64,000 nt of DNA from a virus: positions 1-64,000 of the IMG/VR virus record IMGVR_UViG_3300019776_000919, one strand, 5' to 3'. A model generated the notes under the pieces. The model was not told where the DNA came from. It searched no databases and was given only the letters and a program-made list of their open reading frames with translations. Below, in pieces: positions 1-10,083 of this stretch (position 1 is its first letter; every line of letters starts with the position of its first letter). The position numbers and the translations under genes are program-made.

Positions 1-27
1 AGCAACCCTTCACCATCAAGTCCCCTC

Positions 28-1101
28 ATGGAAGAGGGTACTGTTGTACAACTAGATATTCAAAGATCATTATGCAAAGTTAAAACTTTGAAGGGACAAC
101 TTTTACAAGATGTTACTTGGGCTTTACCATCAGGAGGTTCGACTCGTGGATCAATTAGAGTAACACCTTCTATGGGTGATCGGGTTATTGTTAATTTCGG
201 ATTAGGATACCCAATAATTACAAATTTCATCCCTAGAATACAGAGCCTTAATAGCGTAGATTCCTTAGTTATTGGATCAGGGGAAGGTTCAGTAGACATG
301 GGTTCATATGGTCCAAGTTCCGGGTCGGTTTCCGGGGACCAAAATAAACCCGATGACATGGTCGGCGGAGACACTCTAGTATCTTCTTCTGGAGGGGCTA
401 CTGTAGCGACTTTAAAGGGCGGTTCTGCGCTAATGAGAGCTGGCAGAGGTGCCGAAGTATTCTTGTTTAATTGGATTGGACTTGTCAGAATTGTTTCTCG
501 GAATTGGGCTCATTTTACAGACCTAAGTTCAGACGTAATAAAGAATTTCAACAATAGGCTTTATAGATATACTGGATATTCAAAATCTTTTTCTGATAAT
601 AAAAACGAAGATTACAAACTACATTTTTATTACGGAGATGTGAAAGCTGCTGAAACTATAAAAGCTGGATATGATACTTATACAGGTACTCCTGCTACAG
701 ATAGCATCTTATATAAGGAACAAGTCTCTGGACCCGCTTCGATAGAATATTGTAAAAGAACATATAATGATTCTGGTGAAATGGAGATTCTCATAAACAA
801 CGGGACTCATGTAACAAGAATAGTTCAAACAGCGGAACAGGTGCAAATAACTTGGAACAATCAAAACATTGTAACCATTACGGAAGCTTCTATTCATGCT
901 GTCCATAAAGACGGAGCGGATCTAATAATGGATTCCTCAAGTATAAGGGCTACCTTTGGAGGTAGCGTAGCTACTATAGCTAATTCTCAAGCAACCATTA
1001 CAAATGGGGCTGGATCTTTAACAGTAAGCCCTTCTACTACTTCCCTTGTAAATGGTGGACATTCTGTCATAGTTTCAAGTTCCGGGGTCAGTATTAGTTA
1101 A
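28..1101 (+). CDS. baseplate central spike protein (gp5/gpV-like)
   Basis: N-terminal OB-fold-like segment (P.MGDRV.V.F..GYPII), C-terminal short beta-repeat tract typical of a beta-helix spike; virion gene context. Confidence 0.6.
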   Translation: MEEGTVVQLDIQRSLCKVKTLKGQLLQDVTWALPSGGSTRGSIRVTPSMGDRVIVNFGLGYPIITNFIPRIQSLNSVDSLVIGSGEGSVDMGSYGPSSGSVSGDQNKPDDMVGGDTLVSSSGGATVATLKGGSALMRAGRGAEVFLFNWIGLVRIVSRNWAHFTDLSSDVIKNFNNRLYRYTGYSKSFSDNKNEDYKLHFYYGDVKAAETIKAGYDTYTGTPATDSILYKEQVSGPASIEYCKRTYNDSGEMEILINNGTHVTRIVQTAEQVQITWNNQNIVTITEASIHAVHKDGADLIMDSSSIRATFGGSVATIANSQATITNGAGSLTVSPSTTSLVNGGHSVIVSSSGVSIS

Positions 1102-1102
1102 G

Positions 1103-1110
1103 GCTAAAAT
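1103..1110 (+). promoter_or_regulatory. putative late promoter -10 (GCTAAAAT)
   Basis: G(C/T)TA(A/T)AAT recurs shortly before + strand starts at 1120, 8547, 16353, 17987, 31221. Confidence 0.45.
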
Positions 1111-1119
1111 AAAGTACTA

Positions 1120-1704
1120 ATGGCTTACGACATATATACCAGGTCTTTTGGTACCCCTAATGCTAACAAACTAGTTTCTATTTCTTCAGTAGCTACCGGT
1201 CAACCAGCATTAATTTTATCTTCCCCTTTAGGGGGAGTTGTATCAACAACTGGAATGACTCGGCTAGATTCCAATGGAAATCTATATGTTTGTATCGATA
1301 CATCTGTTAGTTGGAATATTGCAGTACTAGAACAAAATTTTGTTAATGATTCTTCTGTAAGTTTAATAAGAAGAGTTGAGAAATTCGATTTGCTGAATAT
1401 AAAAGGAGAGTCTGGCACTATATATATAACTAATACTCTGCCAGTAGAATATTATCTCTGGGATGGTTCAGGTATGGTTTTATTACCGACTGCTATCCAA
1501 AGCAATTCCTTAAAAGGATATTCAGATTTAAACATTTCAAATATAGTCTATAATGATTCTGGTAAAATAGTAAGTTACATTAAGAACGGTGTTACTCATA
1601 CGGTAGATTACTCTGTACTTGGCAAGGTAACTATAAGTAATACTTCTGGTGCAAGCAAAACGTTTGTGCTAAATAACCAAGGAAAACCAATCTCTTTCAA
1701 TTAA
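1120..1704 (+). CDS. putative virion structural protein
   Basis: 194-aa beta-rich ORF at the head of a tightly packed + strand operon. Confidence 0.5.
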   Translation: MAYDIYTRSFGTPNANKLVSISSVATGQPALILSSPLGGVVSTTGMTRLDSNGNLYVCIDTSVSWNIAVLEQNFVNDSSVSLIRRVEKFDLLNIKGESGTIYITNTLPVEYYLWDGSGMVLLPTAIQSNSLKGYSDLNISNIVYNDSGKIVSYIKNGVTHTVDYSVLGKVTISNTSGASKTFVLNNQGKPISFN

Positions 1705-1706
1705 TC

Positions 1707-2093
1707 ATGGCAAAATTTGCGCATTCAGACACCCTAGATCAAGGCCCTAATCTTATTAAAACTTCCGCTACTAAAATGTTGTTAATATCTTCATATACCG
1801 TAGGGGATAGTTATGCAACTGTTACAGCTAATACCTTAGCTACAGTTAATATGACAAGTACGGATTATACTTTCTCAAGTTCAGGAAATAATAGACTTCT
1901 GACTGTGGCTAGTGGTAAATCTACTACTGCCACCGCAAGTGCTTCCGGTACTCCAGATTTACACATTGCTTTTACTGACGGCACCTCTAGAGTTTTATGG
2001 GTAACTGACGAAGCAAGTAATGTGGCTATTTCGAGCGGAGCTACTATCAATTTCCCGTCAAACATAACCTATACGACTCAACAGCCTACCTAA
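1707..2093 (+). CDS. putative virion/tail accessory protein
   Basis: S/T/A-rich beta-sandwich-like 128 aa; 2-nt spacing to neighbours. Confidence 0.55.
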   Translation: MAKFAHSDTLDQGPNLIKTSATKMLLISSYTVGDSYATVTANTLATVNMTSTDYTFSSSGNNRLLTVASGKSTTATASASGTPDLHIAFTDGTSRVLWVTDEASNVAISSGATINFPSNITYTTQQPT

Positions 2094-2095
2094 TA

Positions 2096-3505
2096 ATGGC
2101 TACCCCCGTATCTAGTTACTTCGGCAACTCAGGAGGAAATAATAGCTATATCGGTATGGCTACACCTACTATTGCCCCAACCGGGAAGCAGGCGTTACTT
2201 TCAATCATACAAGCCGCCCCCTTAGGCTCCTGGTTTAAGGTTAATAGTAATGTATATCAATCGGTATGGGGGTCTACAGATTATGAGCCTGATTTTGGAG
2301 CCGGAGTTTCTAGCCCAGATGCTCAAATAAGACCCTGGTCTTCGTTTGCCTGGGATGACTCTGCCTGTAGATTAATTCTATGGGGAGGAGGTCATGCCAA
2401 CAGTTCAAGTAATTCTATGTGGATTTGGGAAGGCAAAGACCAACTTTGGAAAAGAGCTTTTTATCCAGCAAAGTTAACTGCTGCTGGAAATGATACAATA
2501 GATGGGGGACTAAGCAGTCCTGTAAGCTCCCATACTTATAGAAACCAAGTTTATTTATCTGTTATGAATAAGTTTGCTAGTTTCGGAGGGGCTTGTCAAC
2601 CAAGCGGGGCTGGTTGGGTATTACGAGATTCAGGCGGTACTGTGCTAAGAAGTATTATATGTTATATTGCAGACCTATCTAAAGCAGGATTAGGTATGGT
2701 GGGAGGCGCTTCTGGCAGTAATCAAAAAAGAAATTCTACTGCTTTAGTAAGTGTAGCCGGGGCACAAGCTTGGTCGGCAAGGGATTGGATAGGGGTTGGA
2801 CAATCTACGTCAATAACTAATTATTTATTGACAAGAATAAACGGATATGCTCAAGCTACTGTAGAATCTGGAAAAGACGTGGTTTACTTAAGTTGTGGAC
2901 CGGGAGGAGCTACATCTTTATATCTGGTCCGAATAGAATTTAATTCCGACGCTAGTACTGATGTTTTAACAATAGTAGGTGCCCCTGGTAGTAACGGTGC
3001 AAACTCAATGGGTGGAGCTATTGACACCACTAGAAAAATATCTATTGCAGCGGGAACTTCTACCAATCCTTTTTTCGTATGGAATCTAAATACTCCAGGT
3101 TTAAGTAATTACAGCATATCTGTACCTACATCTGCAATATCTGGGACTGGGGCTTCAGATGTCATATCTGCTATAACATCTGGATCGGCGTTGGGATTTT
3201 TATATGATGAAAAACGAAATTGTTTTATCATATGGCTTTGGGGAGGAATGCTGTATACTTTAACTCCTCCATCTAACCTATCCAATCTAGGAACGTCTGG
3301 GTGGATATGCACTAGAATATCTGACAATTCTGCATCACCCAGGCCTTTATACACTGGGGAGTTTGTACCCTCGGGGGCTCAAGAAACCGGCATACATGGT
3401 AAATGGCAGAGATCTGCTACATTAGATGTATATATAGGCTTACAAAATTCTTATGACGGGAATGTTTGGATGTACAAACCTTCCGATTGGACACTACCAC
3501 CATGA
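2096..3505 (+). CDS. putative virion protein with beta-propeller-like fold
   Basis: WGGGH, SSHTY, FGG kelch-like motifs; G/S-rich. Confidence 0.5.
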   Translation: MATPVSSYFGNSGGNNSYIGMATPTIAPTGKQALLSIIQAAPLGSWFKVNSNVYQSVWGSTDYEPDFGAGVSSPDAQIRPWSSFAWDDSACRLILWGGGHANSSSNSMWIWEGKDQLWKRAFYPAKLTAAGNDTIDGGLSSPVSSHTYRNQVYLSVMNKFASFGGACQPSGAGWVLRDSGGTVLRSIICYIADLSKAGLGMVGGASGSNQKRNSTALVSVAGAQAWSARDWIGVGQSTSITNYLLTRINGYAQATVESGKDVVYLSCGPGGATSLYLVRIEFNSDASTDVLTIVGAPGSNGANSMGGAIDTTRKISIAAGTSTNPFFVWNLNTPGLSNYSISVPTSAISGTGASDVISAITSGSALGFLYDEKRNCFIIWLWGGMLYTLTPPSNLSNLGTSGWICTRISDNSASPRPLYTGEFVPSGAQETGIHGKWQRSATLDVYIGLQNSYDGNVWMYKPSDWTLPP

Positions 3506-4809
3506 CCATTTCTCTTAATACAAGTCACTCTCTATATCCCAATCTAATATCATTGATTGCGGTTGATGGCGGTGTTCTAGTCGATGTAAAAAATCCATCC
3601 ACTGTATTTACCCCAGATGCATCTAGTTCATTTGGAACCGGGGGTTACGGACCATACTTCAGAACACTATCTGCTGGTACATATTCTCCTCAAGGCGCAA
3701 GTTTCTCTCCAGCCCTTTCATTTCCAACATCTTCTACGCCATTATCGTATTTTGTTGCCTTTAACAAAGTTGAGACAAGTGGTAGATTACTAGGTCATAC
3801 TACGGGAGGAGATACTTATTTACCCAACCTTGCAGTAACTGCAGGCGGGTTAGCTTCTATCGCAGAAGGTTACTCAGGCAGCACTTTAGCCACCGGTACT
3901 ACTAATATTAAAGACGGTGCACAACACACCGTAGCAGTGACGAGGCCTGCCGGAGATAGCCCCGCCTCTATTCTTTATGTAGACGGGGCATCCCAGGCCA
4001 CAGCTTCCGGGGTAAATTACGGAACTGCTGGGGTAGGGGTAAACTATATTGGCGGGGAACCCGGTCAGAATTCTATAACTGCAAATATTGTATTTATAGC
4101 ATTTTTTAATAAAGTCCTAACCTCTGCTGAAGTTTCAACCTTACACAGTTCTCTGACAGGGGGAGGATCTTTTGCCCTCATACAAGCTGCTGCGTTGTCT
4201 TTTTCTGGAACTATACCTGGACAATCAGGTGTTGTAGGGACAGCATTTTCGTGGTCTGGATCATCCTTAGCTAGCTTCTTTTCAAACGGCACAGCACCCA
4301 TTTCGTATTCTTATACGGGAACTTTGCCGCCTGGATTATCTTTCAGTACCAGTACTGGGATTATATCTGGTACTCCTACTACTCAAGGCACATACAACAT
4401 AACGCCTTCTGCTACGGATTCAAGTGGTAGTCCGGTTACTGTACCGGGAAATTCTTTCTCGATATCTATATTAGGGGCCGGGACTAACCTAACGGTATCT
4501 AGCAGTACTCAAAGTAATTTAAGTTCTACTGGTAATATTACTCAAATAGCCCCGGGCCAAGGCACGATTACTACCCTACCTTTGAAAAATAATACAGGTA
4601 GTTTACTAGCGTCAGTCTCCAATATAACTGTATGGATTTACAACGTATCTACTGGAGCTTTGGTCTTAACGTATAACGGCTTATTGTCCAATTCAAGCGG
4701 AATTTTAACTTTTACCGATCCTTTAATAGTATCAGGAATTTCTTATAGATTAGTTATACGTATTAATTCTACTGGGGCTGAGGGTTTAGTTACTGTAACT
4801 GCGGCGTAA
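3502..4809 (+). CDS. virion protein with LamG/concanavalin-like and Ig-like (He_PIG) domains
   Basis: [10 protein letters not shown]...LYVDG LamG signature; [17 protein letters not shown] He_PIG signature; ATGA overlap favours start 3502 over 3466. Confidence 0.7.
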   Translation: MTISLNTSHSLYPNLISLIAVDGGVLVDVKNPSTVFTPDASSSFGTGGYGPYFRTLSAGTYSPQGASFSPALSFPTSSTPLSYFVAFNKVETSGRLLGHTTGGDTYLPNLAVTAGGLASIAEGYSGSTLATGTTNIKDGAQHTVAVTRPAGDSPASILYVDGASQATASGVNYGTAGVGVNYIGGEPGQNSITANIVFIAFFNKVLTSAEVSTLHSSLTGGGSFALIQAAALSFSGTIPGQSGVVGTAFSWSGSSLASFFSNGTAPISYSYTGTLPPGLSFSTSTGIISGTPTTQGTYNITPSATDSSGSPVTVPGNSFSISILGAGTNLTVSSSTQSNLSSTGNITQIAPGQGTITTLPLKNNTGSLLASVSNITVWIYNVSTGALVLTYNGLLSNSSGILTFTDPLIVSGISYRLVIRINSTGAEGLVTVTAA

Positions 4810-4813
4810 TGAA

Positions 4814-5632
4814 ATGAGTAAAAGCATCAGAGTAGATACTAACAGCCTAATATCTGGGGCTGTTGTAATAGGTGATAGAGGATTAGGAGTTTCAGGATCC
4901 TCTGTACCTAGTACCGGGGCGGGTGGCCCGGGGTATATTTATCCAAGTTTAAATCTCCCGGCTGATGCTAACAATGAATATATCGGGTTAATAGTAAGTC
5001 CTCCGTCTGCAGGGACTTTTTTTGCTAATGAAGATACTAGCGCTACCCTAACTGGAGCATCGACAGGCATATACCCATTTACAGTAAACTTAATAGAAAA
5101 TGGGATTAGCTTAGGGAATTTTACTAGCTATTTCTATATAAATACACCTATACCTGTAAATCTGGTTGTTGCAAATTCTGTTCAAAGTAATACTTCTACT
5201 AGCGTAACCATAACTAGAGTTAACAACTTAGTTGTTTCTAACTCAACTCAATCTAATTTTTCAAATTCAGTATCAATTTCACAAACTGTAAATTTAATTT
5301 CAGTTGCATCTTTACAGTTAAATAGTTGCAGTACGGGAACTATCAGTATCAGTTCTGGGTTACAAGCAACGTCTTGTGTACAAAACAATACAAGTTCTAC
5401 GGGGGCAATCTCCGTATTCTATAATTTACAAGGGTCTAATTCAACGCAGCAGAACTCTTGTACTTCTGGTTTTGTCTATGGACCCGGGTTAGGAATCCCC
5501 TTAGATGTAAGTCAATCCACCCAATCAAACTATTGCTTTAGTGGACCTATCCAAGTTTTACCTCCAGTATTTGTAAACATAATACCTATAACTGCAGGTA
5601 TTACCCTGGACGGTCAAATCATTCTTTTCTAG
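4814..5632 (+). CDS. putative virion fibre/accessory protein
   Basis: Repeats of about 21 aa (L.V.nS.QSN.S.s..I) also present in the preceding protein. Confidence 0.55.
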   Translation: MSKSIRVDTNSLISGAVVIGDRGLGVSGSSVPSTGAGGPGYIYPSLNLPADANNEYIGLIVSPPSAGTFFANEDTSATLTGASTGIYPFTVNLIENGISLGNFTSYFYINTPIPVNLVVANSVQSNTSTSVTITRVNNLVVSNSTQSNFSNSVSISQTVNLISVASLQLNSCSTGTISISSGLQATSCVQNNTSSTGAISVFYNLQGSNSTQQNSCTSGFVYGPGLGIPLDVSQSTQSNYCFSGPIQVLPPVFVNIIPITAGITLDGQIILF

Positions 5633-5885
5633 TTTTAGATGCCGGGTGATCGCCCCAATGAACCTTACCTTTAAATAAAGGCGGAGGAATCCAACGGGGT
5701 TTCGGGGAGATGGGGCCAAAACCTACTACTGCAATTTCACCGTTTTTACGAAGTCTGCCAAACATTACATGAGGAAAAGGCCCCCAGTGGGACCTTCTTA
5801 TAACTAAGAACCCTCTTCTGTTTTTTAGTTTTCTCCGCCTGTATAGGATTAAGGCGAAAATAATGCAATTAGAATAACCCCTCAT
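5619..5885 (-). CDS. small basic hypothetical protein
   Basis: 88-aa ATG ORF filling the gap between convergent operons. Confidence 0.45.
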   Translation of the reverse strand: MRGYSNCIIFALILYRRRKLKNRRGFLVIRRSHWGPFPHVMFGRLRKNGEIAVVGFGPISPKPRWIPPPLFKGKVHWGDHPASKTRKE

Positions 5886-5962
5886 TCTTGTATTTTAAGT
5901 CTGGGTCTACTTACAATGTAAGTTATTACAATATGTTAAATAAGCTAAAAAAAAATAAGCTA

Positions 5963-5993
5963 AAAAAACAGGTTATATTTAACCTTGTTTTTT
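5963..5993 (-). terminator. intrinsic terminator downstream of RT (bidirectional)
   Basis: AAAAAACAGGTTA-TATT-TAACCTTGTTTTTT hairpin with A/T tracts on both sides. Confidence 0.65.
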
Positions 5994-6000
5994 ACCAGAA

Positions 6001-7227
6001 TTATGTAGTTATCTGTGATACGGTGAAATCGGAGGAATTCTTAAACCCCAACATCGCCTCTTTTATTTCCTCTGTAGTAGCAGGCATTTCTATGCCAGAG
6101 TTCCACGATAGTTCAGGTATTTGAACATCCGGATATTTTTTCAGATACGGTGTGGTAACTTTCTTGAATGCCAGTTTAAACGCCATACCGGCATCTGGAT
6201 TTAGCTGACACATCCAGTTTATGCGACCGGCATATTTCCGTATGAAAGCCTCGGGACTAAGCCTCGTTTTTGCCGCTTCGTGTTCTATTCCGTTTTGTTT
6301 GCAATTGTGAATTATTGCTCTAAGTTGAAGTCTTTCTGTTTTCTTTAAATTTACTTTTTCATTAACTACCGATCCACATACCCATTGTCGGTTATGCGGC
6401 CTCATGACTTTTGTTTTGGCATTGTTGATCAGAAACCCTGCATCATTGACAGCTTTCTTGATCGTATCCAATATAAGATTGGTATGTTCTTTTGCTTGAT
6501 CTAATGTATCAAATTTTTTATTATGAGATACTGTGATATCGTCTGCATAAATAGTTAGTTGCAGTTCATTCTCATCACAGAACGCTTTTACTACGGGGCC
6601 GAATGTGTATGCTGCAATTAAGTTACTAATTTTCGGGGCCGTTAATGAACCTTGAGGAACGTAAAACTTATAGGTGCATGCTTCTGCCAACAATCTTGCT
6701 GGCATTTCACCTATACCTAATTCCTTAAACAACTGTTCCACCATATATTCTTTAATGGATGGAAAAAAGTCTTTAATATCAAGGCTTATTACCACTTCTT
6801 TACCTAAGTGCTTTTCAGCCATCTTAGGAATAGATTTCCCCTTTTCAAATCCGTAAATGTATTCGGGGATTTCTACTTTATCCAGTATCCTACTTAAAAT
6901 TCGATACTGTAATACTCTCATCCCCGTATTTGGATTATGAATTTTCCTCAGCTTCTGCTTCGACGATTTCGTAGCCTTCTTCTTCAAGAAGAGTATGGAG
7001 TAGTGTGAGTTCTTGTTCTTTATAAACCAAGTCAGCTTCTGAGTCGTCTCCCACTCCAGTAACTTGGTCAAATCCTTGGATGTTGCGATCCCCGATATCT
7101 TTTGAAGTATTGGGTTTAGCTTGAACCTCTTCTGCGTCTTGCTTAGCTGTTTTGGTTCTTTCTTTTGTTCGATAATCATTATTGCAGAAGTCGTCATATG
7201 TAAGTGTTGTTTTTTTTGCCGGTACAT
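6001..7227 (-). CDS. retron-class reverse transcriptase
   Basis: HY..F.LKKK...R.IHNP, YGFEKGKS..KMAEKH (region X-like), LDIKDFFPSI, PQGSLTAPKISN, YADD, N.AKT, VCGSVVN (region Y VTG variant), retron-like thumb; exact start uncertain. Confidence 0.9.
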   Translation of the reverse strand: MYRQKKQHLHMTTSAIMIIEQKKEPKQLSKTQKRFKLNPILQKISGIATSKDLTKLLEWETTQKLTWFIKNKNSHYSILFLKKKATKSSKQKLRKIHNPNTGMRVLQYRILSRILDKVEIPEYIYGFEKGKSIPKMAEKHLGKEVVISLDIKDFFPSIKEYMVEQLFKELGIGEMPARLLAEACTYKFYVPQGSLTAPKISNLIAAYTFGPVVKAFCDENELQLTIYADDITVSHNKKFDTLDQAKEHTNLILDTIKKAVNDAGFLINNAKTKVMRPHNRQWVCGSVVNEKVNLKKTERLQLRAIIHNCKQNGIEHEAAKTRLSPEAFIRKYAGRINWMCQLNPDAGMAFKLAFKKVTTPYLKKYPDVQIPELSWNSGIEMPATTEEIKEAMLGFKNSSDFTVSQITT

Positions 7228-7663
7228 GTCTAATGGATCGTATTACGCCTCTTTTCAAATCACCTAGCGTTACGTAATACAATTCACGATCTATTACTAC
7301 AAACCCTTCTCTAACAATACCGGGGGGGAAATTTGCCCTCCAAATATTGTCGTTCATACGGGCTGGGGTCCCCATTTTATAGTAATAAAACTTCCCTTGA
7401 TAAGGGACTATATATCTACTTGATCTTCGGGCCAGCTTACTATCTACTTCTCCGTAAGCTGTACTACCTTTTGGCGCAATTATCTGTATACCAGTCTCAT
7501 ACGAAGGTATTTCATACCCGTAATCTATAAGATCTTTTTGAGTTACAGATATATTTTTTGGTATCGATGACCCGGCTTTAACGTATATTACTCCTTCTTC
7601 TTGTGGAGTTGCATTTACTCCAGCTGTTGTAGTTTCTACTGATTTGCTATTAGGAGTGCTCAT
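6935..7663 (-). CDS. hypothetical protein upstream of, and overlapping, the RT (candidate partner/effector)
   Basis: 242-aa ATG ORF co-oriented with the RT; last 293 nt overlap the RT ORF in another frame. Confidence 0.65.
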   Translation of the reverse strand: MSTPNSKSVETTTAGVNATPQEEGVIYVKAGSSIPKNISVTQKDLIDYGYEIPSYETGIQIIAPKGSTAYGEVDSKLARRSSRYIVPYQGKFYYYKMGTPARMNDNIWRANFPPGIVREGFVVIDRELYYVTLGDLKRGVIRSIRHVPAKKTTLTYDDFCNNDYRTKERTKTAKQDAEEVQAKPNTSKDIGDRNIQGFDQVTGVGDDSEADLVYKEQELTLLHTLLEEEGYEIVEAEAEENS

Positions 7664-7699
7664 TTTATCTGTATCAGATCTTGAGCCCCCGAAATTTTT

Positions 7700-7849
7700 T
7701 TAAATAGCTGACGAAGTTTTGAACTGTTCCCGAGTAGTCAATATCACATTTCTGACAGTGTGATAGATTTCCAGGATAAAGTTACCAACTAAGATCATTG
7801 CTTTAGCTACTGCTTTAATTTTCGGGAGGAGGTTTAGTAAAGAGTTCAT
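7700..7849 (-). CDS. small hypothetical peptide (MNSLLNLL...)
   Basis: 49-aa ATG ORF between the 7928 promoter and the 7663 gene; could instead be non-coding leader. Confidence 0.35.
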   Translation of the reverse strand: MNSLLNLLPKIKAVAKAMILVGNFILEIYHTVRNVILTTREQFKTSSAI

Positions 7850-7927
7850 ATTTAGTTTTATTGTTTTAATGTAAAAATTCAGGTAAAATGACAAACTCTA
7901 ATTGGTCGTTCTATTCTACCTATTTTT

Positions 7928-7936
7928 CTTATACCA
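7928..7936 (-). promoter_or_regulatory. phage promoter (TGGTATAAG) for the RT operon
   Basis: Exact match to the motif repeated before nine - strand units; -35 is degenerate here. Confidence 0.6.
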
Positions 7937-7964
7937 GAAATTAACGAATTGTGTAGCAAATTAC

Positions 7965-8537
7965 ATGACGGAATTAAAATCTAACATGGTTTTAAATGGG
8001 GATTTTCTATTGTCCGCTCTTTCTAAAGAAAGATTGGCTAAATGTATAGATGAAAACCCCTCACTTAGAGGGTACATACGAGGGTATATTTCTGAAGAGA
8101 AATTACGGGATTACTTAGAAAATATTCCGGGTATTTCCGAAGTGAAAAAAATTCCCGATCTTCATTCTAAGAAGGGAGATTTTTCTTTTTTATATCAGAA
8201 AAAAGAATACTCAGTGGAATTGAAAAGTTTAAGTGATGATGTAAAAGAAGACTTTTTAAACTCCGGAGTCAAAGCATCCTTAAGTTTAAAAAGGACAGGT
8301 ATTCGTAAATTATCAGATGGTAGAACAACCATTTGCTTAGATAGAAATCAATTTGATATCCTGGCTATTTGTACTGTATCCATTGCTGGAGAATGGGGTT
8401 TTAAATTCATACTTAATAAATATCTACCAAGCGCCAGTATTGGACAAGAATACTTAAGCTCCAGTATAGTAATAAATACTGAAAATACTCCAATGCTGCG
8501 GGACACTATAATAGAAGTTTTAACAGATATAAGCTAA
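7965..8537 (+). CDS. PD-(D/E)xK restriction-endonuclease-like protein
   Basis: GYISE...KGDFSF...VELKS catalytic-type motifs, FDILAI; ATG start at 7965 preferred. Confidence 0.6.
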   Translation: MTELKSNMVLNGDFLLSALSKERLAKCIDENPSLRGYIRGYISEEKLRDYLENIPGISEVKKIPDLHSKKGDFSFLYQKKEYSVELKSLSDDVKEDFLNSGVKASLSLKRTGIRKLSDGRTTICLDRNQFDILAICTVSIAGEWGFKFILNKYLPSASIGQEYLSSSIVINTENTPMLRDTIIEVLTDIS

Positions 8538-8546
8538 AATCTTAAC

Positions 8547-9188
8547 ATGCAATTGTCAAACGATCAGATCGTAAGCATTCTAATGGCCAAATATAAAAAA
8601 GATGGCGTAGATATGTCTCGTATCGTAGCGGATCCAGTTTTCCGTAGCCTGCCTTTAAATAGTCAAATTGAAGCATTGAAAGATAATGCGAATGATATCC
8701 ATTCTTCAATTAAGCCAGGATTGAATAACTCGGATATTAAGTCTATGGCCGTAGATGCTGGGTTTGCAGGAGTAGCAAGTACCCTAGGTGCAGGGGCTAT
8801 TATTGCAAAATCCGGCCTTGTAAATGGGGAAACTTTATCCTCAGTTCCAAGTCTAATTGCCCATAGCAAAGCTATGAGAAATGTAACTATCTTTGCAGGC
8901 CTTTCAGGCCTTGCTATTGGAGGATTAGCTTCTTTATTAAACAAGAGGTCTGAAATTAATCGAAGAAAAAATGCTGCTGCAGTTACTGAAAGCCTTTCTT
9001 TGAACCCTACTTCGGAGCGGGCTGTTGTAGCATTATCCAAGTTGCAGACATTCACAGGGTCAGGGGTAGATACTCAGATTGCCAACAGGGCATCCAGTAT
9101 GATGCTTGATAAATATAATAAAGGCAGCGAAAACATATTGCCTAACCTATATCAAGATAGGTTTCTTACTCATTTAAATTCCAAATAA
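8547..9188 (+). CDS. putative virion protein with hydrophobic Gly/Ala helices
   Basis: Late promoter GCTAAAAT at 8533; two G/A-rich hydrophobic segments. Confidence 0.5.
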   Translation: MQLSNDQIVSILMAKYKKDGVDMSRIVADPVFRSLPLNSQIEALKDNANDIHSSIKPGLNNSDIKSMAVDAGFAGVASTLGAGAIIAKSGLVNGETLSSVPSLIAHSKAMRNVTIFAGLSGLAIGGLASLLNKRSEINRRKNAAAVTESLSLNPTSERAVVALSKLQTFTGSGVDTQIANRASSMMLDKYNKGSENILPNLYQDRFLTHLNSK

Positions 9189-9192
9189 AAAC

Positions 9193-10083
9193 ATGATCGG
9201 TTATACCCTAAAACACGTACTTGAGCTGGTTCCAGAAGCTCTGCCTTTAGTTAAACAAGCTTCAGTCGACGCGGAATATCCAATCTCGTCAAAAGACAAT
9301 TGCTTAGCTTCCGCCTTAGCTATTAACTATAAGAAGAATTTCACAGGCGAAACTGTAGATTATGATGTTCTTCAAAAAGTAGCTAATGCAGTAGATTTAT
9401 ATAATTTAGAGGATACTGTTTCTACTCTGACTAATAAAATGATCTCTCGCAATTCTGCAAAGATTGTCAAACAAGCGAGTTTAGCAAATGAACCATCTTT
9501 TCTATTGAAGCAAGCTAACTGGATCGGTGATCTGGCAGGTATGACTAATGTCAGAGAAATGTCTGAGGCTGCAGAGGAACTGTTCGAAAAGGCTGCGAGT
9601 TTAAACGAAGCCGTAGATCCTAGAGTAGAGATGTATTCCGGTAGAGGTGTACTGGTCAAAGAAGCGGTCTTAGCTTCCCTTGAAGCTAGATTTTCGGCGG
9701 TAAAAGATAGCACTTTTGTAAAAATCGCCTCTGCTGTTGGGCAAGAACCTGATTTAATTTCTAATCCTAGAACAGTGAAATCTTTATGTTCAGTAATCAA
9801 CAAACTTGATGAAAAACATCAATTATTTTCAGTCGGATATAATTTTGTAAAAGAAGCTATGATCACAAAAAAGGCTAGCTTTACAAAATGTCAAGTCAAA
9901 GTTTCAGGTAAAGAATATCCTTTAGAGAAGATTCTAAGTCTTCCGTCCAACCAACTAGATGGGTATTTGGGCGAAGGTTTCACTAAAGAATTGAATAGTG
10001 ACCCTAATTCTGCGAAATATCTGATAGAATCCTTGCCTGCTGATAGTCAGCAAATATTGGCAACTATTCTGAAAAACGTTTAA
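9193..10083 (+). CDS. putative head/virion protein
   Basis: Repeated K(Q/A/I)AS motifs; operon context. Confidence 0.45.
   Translation: MIGYTLKHVLELVPEALPLVKQASVDAEYPISSKDNCLASALAINYKKNFTGETVDYDVLQKVANAVDLYNLEDTVSTLTNKMISRNSAKIVKQASLANEPSFLLKQANWIGDLAGMTNVREMSEAAEELFEKAASLNEAVDPRVEMYSGRGVLVKEAVLASLEARFSAVKDSTFVKIASAVGQEPDLISNPRTVKSLCSVINKLDEKHQLFSVGYNFVKEAMITKKASFTKCQVKVSGKEYPLEKILSLPSNQLDGYLGEGFTKELNSDPNSAKYLIESLPADSQQILATILKNV

Noticed and set aside
5150-5545. Nucleotide repeat array in gene 4814..5632
   Set aside because: Repeats are degenerate and at protein level only (structural beta repeats)
5888-6124. 78-aa + strand ORF
   Set aside because: Runs through a terminator and antisense to the RT end
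6001-7227. RT as part of a diversity-generating retroelement or group II intron
   Set aside because: Motifs are retron-like; no template/variable repeat pair differing at adenines, no maturase domain or domain V seen
7360-7625. Hairpins inside the ORF upstream of the RT (for example CAGCTTAC/GTAAGCTG) as an embedded ncRNA
   Set aside because: No bracketing inverted repeat or coherent fold found; compatible with chance
7684-7832. Canonical msr-msd directly upstream of the RT operon (CCCGAAAATT/AATTTCGGG bracket, TATCACA/TGTGATA hairpin)
   Set aside because: Pairings are short, there is no long msd hairpin and a 49-aa ORF spans the region; not excluded, but too weak to call
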